A stretch of 64,000 bases of DNA. Origin: an uncultured Chloroflexia bacterium. GTDB lineage: Bacteria > Chloroflexota > Anaerolineae > CG2-30-64-16. Positions 1-7,248 of this stretch are shown piece by piece. The stretch spans positions 544,001-608,000 of the forward strand of contig CAWEMM010000006.1 of the NCBI GenBank assembly GCA_963810095.1, written 5' to 3'. Position 1 is the stretch's first letter. The number at the start of each line of letters is the position of its first letter. The position numbers and the translations under genes are program-made. Below the pieces are notes generated by a model. It was not told the DNA's origin. It worked only from the letters and a program-made list of their open reading frames with translations, and did not search any database.

Positions 1-120
1 GTAAGCATCGTGCGGCAGGTACGCGACGCGGTGAACCCCGACGCGTTCGAGCAGGCGCCGGGCGACGGTGGTCTTGCCCGAACCGGTGCCTCCGCAGACT
101 CCCAGGGTGGTGGTCTTCAT
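1..120 (-). CDS. udk: Uridine kinase, 5' part only (runs off window start)
   Basis: Manual translation from ATG at 120: MKTTTLGVCGGTGSGKTTVARRLLERVGVHRVAYLPHDAY; P-loop GGTGSGKTT and HDxY typical of Udk; GGAGGAG RBS upstream. Confidence 0.85.
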   Translation of the reverse strand, partial: MKTTTLGVCGGTGSGKTTVARRLLERVGVHRVAYLPHDAY

Positions 121-141
121 GCGCTCCTCCGGGGAGGGTCC

Positions 142-2145
142 TCACAACGTCAACAGCGACTGGGCCGCCAGGCAGGCAGCGATGCCGGCCGCCAGCGCGG
201 CCACAAGCAGGACAGTCGCCAACCACGCCGGCACGCGCAGCGGCCGCCATCCCGACGTAGCGTGCAGATACGCTGCCGCAAGCAGCCAGGCGGCGAGCAG
301 CCACATCTCACTGGCAACCGGCCGGATGGGCGAGGCAGATGCGAGCAGGCCCCACAGGCTGCCCAGGACAAGCGCGGCGGTCAGAAGCGGGAAAGCCGCC
401 AGGCTGGGGCCCCGGCCCGGGTCGCCCGCCCGGCCGCGCAGGCCCTGCACGGGGCCCCGGAGCATCGGGTCGGTGACATCGCTCAACCTGCTGCCGCGAA
501 GCGCAAACCACAGCGACTGCACCGCGCCCGCGGCCACCGCGCCAAGGCCCAGCAGCGCAAGGACTCCCTGCAGGACCGGTATCCAGGCCTGCGATCGCGG
601 CAGAATCAAGTTCGCGCCCCGCAAGGCAACACCGGCAATTCCGGCCAGGACGAACGCACCGGCCACTGTGTACGCGGCCGAACGAAGCACCTGCCGCCCG
701 GCGTGCGGAGCGGGCGAGCCTTCTGGCACAAGGGCAGCCAGCCGAGCAGCAACACTCGCCACTTCGGTCTGTCCGAGTGCGGGCGCGGCCGCGCGCACTG
801 CCAGCAGCGTCCCATCGCGCTCGGCCGCCGCGTTAAGCCAGGTGCGCGTCGCTCCGCCCCACGCCGTCACGGCGACGCCCGCTAGCAGCACAAGCGCGCC
901 GAGCAGCAGCAGGGGCAAACCCGGCATCGCCGACAAGTCTACCACCACGTAGGCTTCTCGCTGCAATGTCACGGTTGCGCCTTGCCACTCAATCGTCTTG
1001 CTGTCCTCGACCAACTCATTCAGGCGTGGTGTCGGATCCGTCCCCTGATACCCCTCGATCAGAAAGACCGGCCGGTCAATTCCCCGGTCGCCGAGACTCT
1101 CGTAGCTGACGACGCGGAAAGCCAGGTCGCGCCCCGGAAGGGTGAAGCCTTGCTCGCTCTCGTTTTGCCCGAAGCGCAAGTGCAGGGACTCCGCAGGTGC
1201 CCCTTCTCCCTGTAGCGCCTGGAGGGGCAGGGTATCTCCACCGGCCGCCGCCCGAATTGAGAGCGCGGGCCCGCTGCTGCGCCGGGCAATCCACACCGGC
1301 CCCCAGGTTGCAGGCCGGGCGTTACCCAGCCAGGCGTGGCGCGTGTCGCTGCCACGGGTCAGCGATACGACCCCCGGCCGGCTGCCGTCGCCCGCATCTA
1401 CGAGGCTAAGCGCAAGGCCGCGTGCCTGGGCCGGCTGCACCGTGCGCCCGGGCAGGAGCGTCACATCGGCCACCCGCCATCCCGCCACCGTGTTCCAAAG
1501 CAGCCCAAGCAGGACCAACAGAGGACCAAGATAGGTCAGCAGCGGACCGGCGGCAGCCCACCTGCGGCGCTCGAGATAGGCGTCGACGCGGGGCCTGGCG
1601 CCCGTTGCGTCACTCACCGGCACATGGGGCGATGGCCGGCCCGCGCTCAGTGCGGCCAATTGCTCCCCGACGCTGTCGACGGCGAGCGGCAGATGCACGA
1701 GTTCAAAGGGCAGACCCTGCGGCGCAGGCGGGATGGGGGCCCCGCGCGCGGCCAGATGGCGGAACTGGTTGGCCGCCCGCAAGACCAGGTGGAACGCGCA
1801 CACGCCGAGGAGAGCCATGGTCCAGGGGGCGGCAAGCACGCTGAGCAGGCCGCTGCTGGCGAGAAAGGGGCCGAAGCGCCCGTAGCGGGCTGAGACGGTG
1901 GAAAGCCAGCGGCTCGCATCGAGGAGATTCGCCCCGGGTGGAGATTGGGGAAGCAGCGCAGCCACGGCGCACGTAAGCGCCAGCAGAACCGCGAGCGTAA
2001 TGGTTAACTGGGGAGAACTGGCGGCGATGTAGAGCCGGTCCAACACGCGCCGCCGCACCGGCCCCGGCGGCTGCGGTCCCGGCGATGGTGCGGCCGGGGG
2101 CAGCGGAGCACTGGATGGCGGAGCAGCAGGAGCGTTCAGGGCCAT
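142..2145 (-). CDS. ResB/CcsB-CcsA (system II cytochrome c biogenesis) fusion-like membrane protein with degenerate heme-handling motifs
   Basis: N-terminal SS..LT..L....LLPQ and GPLLTYLG, plus the MPGLPL TM, match ResB; C-terminal FPLLT...GSLW...EMW...W...AYLH matches CcsA; WWD motif absent. Confidence 0.7.
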   Translation of the reverse strand: MALNAPAAPPSSAPLPPAAPSPGPQPPGPVRRRVLDRLYIAASSPQLTITLAVLLALTCAVAALLPQSPPGANLLDASRWLSTVSARYGRFGPFLASSGLLSVLAAPWTMALLGVCAFHLVLRAANQFRHLAARGAPIPPAPQGLPFELVHLPLAVDSVGEQLAALSAGRPSPHVPVSDATGARPRVDAYLERRRWAAAGPLLTYLGPLLVLLGLLWNTVAGWRVADVTLLPGRTVQPAQARGLALSLVDAGDGSRPGVVSLTRGSDTRHAWLGNARPATWGPVWIARRSSGPALSIRAAAGGDTLPLQALQGEGAPAESLHLRFGQNESEQGFTLPGRDLAFRVVSYESLGDRGIDRPVFLIEGYQGTDPTPRLNELVEDSKTIEWQGATVTLQREAYVVVDLSAMPGLPLLLLGALVLLAGVAVTAWGGATRTWLNAAAERDGTLLAVRAAAPALGQTEVASVAARLAALVPEGSPAPHAGRQVLRSAAYTVAGAFVLAGIAGVALRGANLILPRSQAWIPVLQGVLALLGLGAVAAGAVQSLWFALRGSRLSDVTDPMLRGPVQGLRGRAGDPGRGPSLAAFPLLTAALVLGSLWGLLASASPIRPVASEMWLLAAWLLAAAYLHATSGWRPLRVPAWLATVLLVAALAAGIAACLAAQSLLTL

Positions 2146-2242
2146 CGTCCAACGGTCGCAAACGGCCGGCCGACCCGGCCTCAGATCGCTTGCGGCGGAT
2201 AAAAGATCGGCCCCAACCGTGCGGTCGGGGCCTTCGGAGAGG

Positions 2243-2315
2243 AGCCACCCAACGGAATCGAACCGTTAACCTAGCGCTTACGAAGCGCTCGCTCTACCTA
2301 TTGAGCTAGGGTGGC
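2243..2315 (-). tRNA. tRNA-Thr (anticodon CGT)
   Basis: GCCACCC acceptor stem, D arm TAGCTCAATAGGTAGAGC, anticodon arm AGCGC-TTCGTAA-GCGCT, T loop GGTTCGATTCC; 73 nt; followed by CCT, so CCA is not fully encoded. Confidence 0.95.
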
Positions 2316-2328
2316 ACGCAATAGGGCA

Positions 2329-2357
2329 ATTATACGCGCAACCGCATTGCGCCGCAA
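2329..2357 (-). promoter_or_regulatory. Sigma70-type promoter for tRNA-Thr
   Basis: TTGCGG-17 bp-TATAAT on the minus strand, 14 bp upstream of the tRNA. Confidence 0.65.
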
Positions 2358-2377
2358 ATCGCAGGCGTCTCCCGCTC

Positions 2378-2410
2378 AGAAACCTGGTTTTTTCGAAGAA
2401 CCAGGTTTCT
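2378..2410. repeat. REP-like 33-bp nested palindrome, family A copy 1
   Basis: AGAAACCTGGTT-TTTTCGAAG-AACCAGGTTTCT; related copies at 5400, 16053, 30008, 55134. Confidence 0.8.
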
Positions 2411-2994
2411 CAACGAAGGAGCCACGAGCGGCGCACTAGACGCGCGGTCAGGTATTCGCCGGTGCGGGTGTCGATCCGGATCTTGTCGCCAACGTTAACG
2501 AACAGCGGCACCTGCACCTGGTACCCGGTCGCTACAACCGCCGGCTTGGTCGCGTTCGTCGCAGTGTCGCCGGCAAAGCCGGGGTCCGTCTGCATGACTT
2601 CCAGTTCAACCGTCGTCGGCAGCGACACGCTGATGTTCTCGCCCTCGTACGTCTCGAGGTCCACAACCATGTTGTCGACGAGGAAATGGACCGCGTCGCC
2701 CAGCATGTCGGCCGAGAGCACCGGCTGCTCGTACGTCTCGATGTTCATGAACGTATAGAGGTCGCCGTCGTGGTAGAGGTACTGGGCCTCGGAGTGATCG
2801 AGGCGGACGTCCTGCACCCGGCTGCCCGAGGGATACGTCTTTTCCATCGTGGACCCCGAGCGCACATTGCGCACTTTGACCCGGATGGTCGCATTGCCGC
2901 GCCCGGACTTGATGTGTTGATAATCGAGCACCCGGAAGAGCTCGTTGTCTTCAGTGAAGGTTGTTCCCTTGCGAAGATCCTGAACGCCGATCAT
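2410..2994 (-). CDS. efp: Elongation factor P (true stop probably TAG at 2436-2438; 1-bp insertion near 2446)
   Basis: DLRKG, HIKSGRGNA loop, YLYHDGD, QVPLFVNVGDKIRIDTRTGEY; removing one base restores the usual EYLTRV* end. Confidence 0.95.
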   Translation of the reverse strand: MIGVQDLRKGTTFTEDNELFRVLDYQHIKSGRGNATIRVKVRNVRSGSTMEKTYPSGSRVQDVRLDHSEAQYLYHDGDLYTFMNIETYEQPVLSADMLGDAVHFLVDNMVVDLETYEGENISVSLPTTVELEVMQTDPGFAGDTATNATKPAVVATGYQVQVPLFVNVGDKIRIDTRTGEYLTARLVRRSWLLR

Positions 2995-3065
2995 TCGTGA
3001 CTGCTCCTGCTAGGCTTCGAATGCCACCATGGGTAGTGTATCGTGTGGTTAAGAAGGGCGGCAAA

Positions 3066-3106
3066 ACCTCCGAGGCGCCGCGCATAACGGCGCGCACCTC
3101 GGAGGT
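3066..3106. repeat. Family B hairpin (ACCTCCGAGG...CCTCGGAGGT), terminator-like on the minus strand
   Basis: Perfect 10-bp arms; followed by TTTTG on the minus strand; similar to copies at 20115, 29972, 33037, 41657. Confidence 0.7.
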
Positions 3107-3115
3107 CACATCATA

Positions 3116-3144
3116 ATCATATCCAGACGCGGCTTTACTGTCAA
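3116..3144 (-). promoter_or_regulatory. Sigma70-type promoter facing efp
   Basis: TTGACA-17 bp-TATGAT. Confidence 0.7.
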
Positions 3145-3246
3145 ATAAGCGCGGGAAATCCTGCAAAGATCAAATTGAGAACGAGTGGAACGTACGGTCA
3201 TCGAACGGCGTACTTTCTTCACGGGATGCGACGAGCGGAGGACAGA

Positions 3247-4590
3247 ATGCCGGGCTGGCGCGAAGTACTGACCCATTTGAGCGTGGACGTCGAAACCCAA
3301 TACGACCGTCTCAAGTATCGCCTGCGAGAGCGCCTGGGCGGGCGTAACCCGGTCATGATCCTGCCCTACCGGGGGTATGGGACGCCGCAGCGATTCTTCC
3401 TGCGCGGCCGGGTGCTGGAGGATCGCGGGATCACGCAGGCAAGCGAGGACGATACCGTCTGGGATAACCTGGCCAACATGTGGCGCCGCGCCAACAGCGT
3501 GGAGATTCCGTATGCGCAGGTACTTGTGCGATACGGCGGTGACCAACAGGTCGTGACGGCCGACGTGGAGGGGTTCTTCGAAGCGTGGATCGAGCCGCTC
3601 GAGTCAAGCCCGGCCGAAGGACTGTGGCGCGAGGTGGACCTGGAGCTGGTCGCGCCACTGCGTGAGGGGTCCGAACCCGTCACGGCGACCGGCCATATCC
3701 TCGTGCCGCCCCCGTCCGCGGAATTCGGCGTCATCAGCGACGTTGACGACACGGTGCTGCAGACGGACGTCGCGCACGTGCTCAAGATGGCCCGGGCGAC
3801 TTTTCTGGGCAACGCGCGCATACGGCTTGCATTCCAAGGCGTCGCCGCGTTCTACCGCGCGCTTCACGGTGGCAGCACGGGGCACGCTTCTAATCCCATG
3901 TTCTACGTTTCCAGCTCGCCTTGGAACCTGTACGACCTGTTGAGCGAGTTCTTCAATCTACAGAACTTCCCCGTCGGTCCGGTGCTCTTCCTGCGCGACT
4001 GGGGGCTGTCGGACCAAGGGTTTTTGCCCACGCGAAACCGCGTCTACAAGCTGGGATACATCAAGGAGGTTGTAGAGACGTTCTGCGATCTCTCCTTCAT
4101 TCTGATCGGGGACAGTGGCCAGGAGGACCCGGAAATCTACGCGGAGGTGGTGTCGCTCTTCCCAAACCGCATCCGGGCAGTGTATATCCGGAACGTGTCG
4201 CGCGACCCGGCCCGCATCGAGCGCATTAAGGCGCTGGCCGAAGAAGTGCTGAAGGCGGGGAGCGTACTCATTCTGGCCGAAACGACGCTGCCGCTGGCCG
4301 AGCACGCGGCCAACCAGGGGTGGATCGAGCCGGATGCCCTCCCGGAAATCGAGCTCGAGAAGCAGGTCGATGCTGAGCCGCCCACGCCCGTCGAGGTGCT
4401 GCTGGGCAGGGAGGAGAAGTCCGAAGCGCCAACGGTCGAGATCGCGCCGGGTGGCGGCGCGCAAGAGACCATCGAGGCCGTGCAGGAGGGCGGCATCGAG
4501 GAAGCCCTGCAGGCGGGCGATGCCCGAAGGGAAGAGGCGCCGACAGTGGTGGTGCAGCCCGACGAAGAGCCGGAAGACGACGCGCCTTAA
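3247..4590 (+). CDS. App1-family (DUF2183) phosphatidate phosphatase-like protein
   Basis: PYRGYG, GRVLE, ISDVDDT (DxDxT), YVSSSPWNLY, LIGDSGQEDPEIY; ATG 3247 with GGAGG RBS. Confidence 0.85.
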   Translation: MPGWREVLTHLSVDVETQYDRLKYRLRERLGGRNPVMILPYRGYGTPQRFFLRGRVLEDRGITQASEDDTVWDNLANMWRRANSVEIPYAQVLVRYGGDQQVVTADVEGFFEAWIEPLESSPAEGLWREVDLELVAPLREGSEPVTATGHILVPPPSAEFGVISDVDDTVLQTDVAHVLKMARATFLGNARIRLAFQGVAAFYRALHGGSTGHASNPMFYVSSSPWNLYDLLSEFFNLQNFPVGPVLFLRDWGLSDQGFLPTRNRVYKLGYIKEVVETFCDLSFILIGDSGQEDPEIYAEVVSLFPNRIRAVYIRNVSRDPARIERIKALAEEVLKAGSVLILAETTLPLAEHAANQGWIEPDALPEIELEKQVDAEPPTPVEVLLGREEKSEAPTVEIAPGGGAQETIEAVQEGGIEEALQAGDARREEAPTVVVQPDEEPEDDAP

Positions 4591-4675
4591 TTTCTACAAT
4601 GTTTTTGAGACAAAAGTCCCTGCTTCCCCCACCGGCCGGCGCGAAAATGCGGGCATCAATGGCAGGAGGAAGACC

Positions 4676-5231
4676 ATGCAAGCAACCGATATCCTGATGG
4701 AAGAGCACCGCGTGATCGAGCGCCTGCTCACCAGTCTTGAACAGGCCGCTACTGCGCCTGGACAAGGGCGAGCAAGTGCGGCCCGGTTTCTTTGTCGACG
4801 CGGCCGATTTCGTCAAGGGCTTTGCCGACGGATGCCATCACAAGAAGGAAGAAGGCGTGCTCTTCACCGCGCTCGTCGATGCCGGACTGCCCCAGCAAGT
4901 AGGCCCCGTCGCGGCGATGCTTGCCGATCACGAGCAAGGCCGGGCTTATACGCGCGGGATGCGTGCGGCGGCAGAACGGCTGGCAGCGGGCGACGCGGCC
5001 GCTCAAGCGGACGTGACCAGGAACGCGCTGGGCTATGTCCAATTGCTGCGCGAACACATCGGCAAGGAAGATCACGTGCTGTTCCCAATGGCCGCTGAGG
5101 TCATCCCCCAGGCGCGTCAGGCGACGCTCGTCGATCGCTTTGAGACCATCGAGCACGAGGAGACGGGCGAAGGGGTCCACGAGAAGTACCTGGCGCTGGC
5201 CGGCGCACTGGAAAAGGAAGCCGCTGAATAA
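4676..5231 (+). CDS. Hemerythrin HHE-domain protein (frameshift near 4752)
   Basis: MQATDILMEEHRVI in one frame joins HHKKEEGVLF...DHEQGR...EHIGKEDHVLFPMA in the next; AGGAGG RBS. Confidence 0.85.
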
Positions 5232-5399
5232 ATGAAACGCAGGGCAAGAATGCTCGCCTGGCCTGTGGGGTCCTGAGCCGCGCTCACGGTGGAACCCCGC
5301 AGGTGCGCGCTTACGCGTACGCGATTCGATGTCAAGAGCGGTTTGGTCTATGATAACGGCGCAGCTGCTCCACAGTCCGGCAAGCGGCGATGTGTCATA

Positions 5400-5432
5400 G
5401 GAAACCGGGTTTCCGGCCGGGACTTGGTTTCC
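5400..5432. repeat. REP-like palindrome family A copy 2
   Basis: GGAAACCGGGTTTCC-GGCC-GGGACTTGGTTTCC, 33 bp. Confidence 0.65.
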
Positions 5433-5445
5433 AGTGCGAGGTGCA

Positions 5446-5868
5446 GTGCCGAAATTAGCCCGCTGGTACGTCAAAAGCGCCCTGATCTACCTGGTCGTCG
5501 GCGCCATCCTCGCCGCGTTGTCCCTGGCTAATGCGGCGACGCTGCCCCCTGCCCTGCTTGCGCTGCGGCCGCTGGCGTGGCACCTGCTCACCTTCGGCTG
5601 GGCCACCCAGCTGATCTTTGGCGTGGCCTACTGGATGTTCCCGCACTTGTCCAAGGAGAAACCCCGGGGCGACGAGCGGGTGCTGTGGGCCGTGTTCTGG
5701 TGTCTCAATGCGGGTTTGTTGCTCCGGGCCGTCGGTGAACCGCTGGGTGCGCTGCGCCCGGGCCTCGTATCCCCCTTGGTGCTGCAGGGCTCGGCCGTCC
5801 TCCAGGTGGCCGCCGCGTGGGTGTTCGCGGCCGAGACCTGGCCGCGGGTTAAGGCCCTGGGGCATTAA
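5446..5868 (+). CDS. Small 4-TM membrane protein, NnrS/heme-copper oxidase subunit I fragment-like
   Basis: Motif HLLTFGWATQLIFGVAYWMFP; four hydrophobic segments; GTG start with GAGGT RBS. Confidence 0.6.
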   Translation: MPKLARWYVKSALIYLVVGAILAALSLANAATLPPALLALRPLAWHLLTFGWATQLIFGVAYWMFPHLSKEKPRGDERVLWAVFWCLNAGLLLRAVGEPLGALRPGLVSPLVLQGSAVLQVAAAWVFAAETWPRVKALGH

Positions 5869-5870
5869 CC

Positions 5871-6287
5871 ATGCCGCTTTTGTCGCGTTTCTACATCCGC
5901 ACCGCCCTGATCTGGCTTGCACTTGGCACGACGCTCGGCGGCATCATCCTCTGGAACAAAGCAAGCCCGATTCCGGGCGCGTGGCAGCTGCTGACCGCGC
6001 ACATCAGCCTTGTCACCTGGGGCTGGCTCCTGCAGCTCTCCCTCGGCGTTGCCTATTGGATCCTGCCCCGAGTGCCGGCCCCCGGGCTGGGCCCCGAACG
6101 GCCGCGACCCTACCTGGCGGCGGCGGCCTATGGGCTGCTTAATGCGGCCCTGGCGGTGAGCGTGATCGCCAGCCTCTTGCCCGTGCCATGGCCGGGCGTT
6201 CTGGTCGCCGCGCTCCAGTTGCTCGCGCTGGCCACCTTTGCGCTGCACGCGTGGCCGCGCGTCCGGCGTTCCGCCTACGGCAAGTGA
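5871..6287 (+). CDS. Paralogous small 4-TM membrane protein
   Basis: Motif HISLVTWGWLLQLSLGVAYWILP; clearly similar to the upstream gene. Confidence 0.6.
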   Translation: MPLLSRFYIRTALIWLALGTTLGGIILWNKASPIPGAWQLLTAHISLVTWGWLLQLSLGVAYWILPRVPAPGLGPERPRPYLAAAAYGLLNAALAVSVIASLLPVPWPGVLVAALQLLALATFALHAWPRVRRSAYGK

Positions 6288-6328
6288 TCGCGGGCAATGA
6301 TAAAATCGCCTGCATGGAGACCACGCGC

Positions 6329-7150
6329 ATGAACGAATCGCCTACAAATTTCTACGATGCACTCGCGCCGATGTTCGACGTCATGACAGACTGGAACGCC
6401 CGGCTGAGCGCCGAAGGCCCTTTCCTGCGGGCAATCCTGGACGAAGCCGGGGCCCGCACTGTGCTGGATGCCGCCTGCGGCAGCGGGGGCCACGCGGTGG
6501 CGCTGGCCGAGTGGGGGTTTGAGGCCGCCGGGGTGGACGCCAGTCCCGCCATGGTGGACATGGCGCGACGCAAGGCCGTCGAACTCGGCCGCGACGTCCC
6601 TTTTGCGGTGGCCGAGCTGGGCGGCTTGGCCGACCTCGTCAATGGCCGCCAGGATGACGACAGCGCCATCGGCGTCCAGCGGCTGGCGCCATTTGATGCT
6701 GTCCTGTGCCTGGGCAACTCGCTGCCCCACCTGCCCACCCAAGCCGACCTTGTCGGCGCACTGAGCAGCATGGCCGCGGCGCTCAAGCCCGGTGGCCTGC
6801 TCGTGCTGCAGAACCTGAATTACGACCTGCGGTGGCAGAAGCAGCCGCGCTGGTTTGCGGCCCAAGGGGGCCAGCTGGACGGCCGCGAAGTGCTGGTGTG
6901 GCGCTTTGCCGACTATGACACGTCAGCAGGCGAGATCGTCTTTCACATTGCCTTGTTCACGAAGAGTGACGGCGGCTGGAAAGTGGACGTCCACTCCACG
7001 CCCCACCGCCCCCTGTTCCGGGCCGACCTGTTCGCCGCGCTGGCAGGGGCCGGTTATGACCACCCGCGGGCGCTGGCCCGCATGTCCTGGCCGGCCGAGC
7101 CGTTTGACCCGCAGACTTCGCCCGACCTGGTAGTGGTCGCAAACAAATAG
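6329..7150 (+). CDS. Class I SAM-dependent methyltransferase (glycine/sarcosine N-methyltransferase-like)
   Basis: VLDAACGSG motif I, GVDAS, CLGNSLPHL, LKPGG. Confidence 0.85.
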   Translation: MNESPTNFYDALAPMFDVMTDWNARLSAEGPFLRAILDEAGARTVLDAACGSGGHAVALAEWGFEAAGVDASPAMVDMARRKAVELGRDVPFAVAELGGLADLVNGRQDDDSAIGVQRLAPFDAVLCLGNSLPHLPTQADLVGALSSMAAALKPGGLLVLQNLNYDLRWQKQPRWFAAQGGQLDGREVLVWRFADYDTSAGEIVFHIALFTKSDGGWKVDVHSTPHRPLFRADLFAALAGAGYDHPRALARMSWPAEPFDPQTSPDLVVVANK

Positions 7151-7235
7151 GACACTGATTGGACTGATGAGACTGATTTACCTGATCTCTTTCAGAAAAG
7201 AGGGCAGAGCGGTTCAATCGGTTCAATCTGCGTCC
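7150..7235. repeat. Family C long imperfect hairpin with 9-bp periodic CTGAT units, copy 1
   Basis: CTGAT at 7155, 7164, 7173, 7182; complementary ATCGG/ATCTG at 7217 and 7226; shares AAATAGGACACTGAT with the copy at 33160. Confidence 0.75.
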
Positions 7236-7248
7236 CCTTCCGGCTCAC

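Noticed and set aside
2240-2243. tRNA ending in CCT rather than CCA
   Set aside because: Non-encoded CCA is common in many bacteria and is added post-transcriptionally
2243-2315. tRNA-Thr as an integration site for a prophage or island
   Set aside because: No integrase and no duplicated tRNA 3' end seen; flanks are housekeeping genes
4601-4625. TGAGAC half-site upstream of the hemerythrin gene as a second Rrf2 operator
   Set aside because: No matching GTCTCA half-site at the N7 spacing
7150-7235. CRISPR array or iteron interpretation of the periodic repeats
   Set aside because: Units are 8-9 bp without unique 25-45-bp spacers, they form inverted arms, and no cas or rep genes are present
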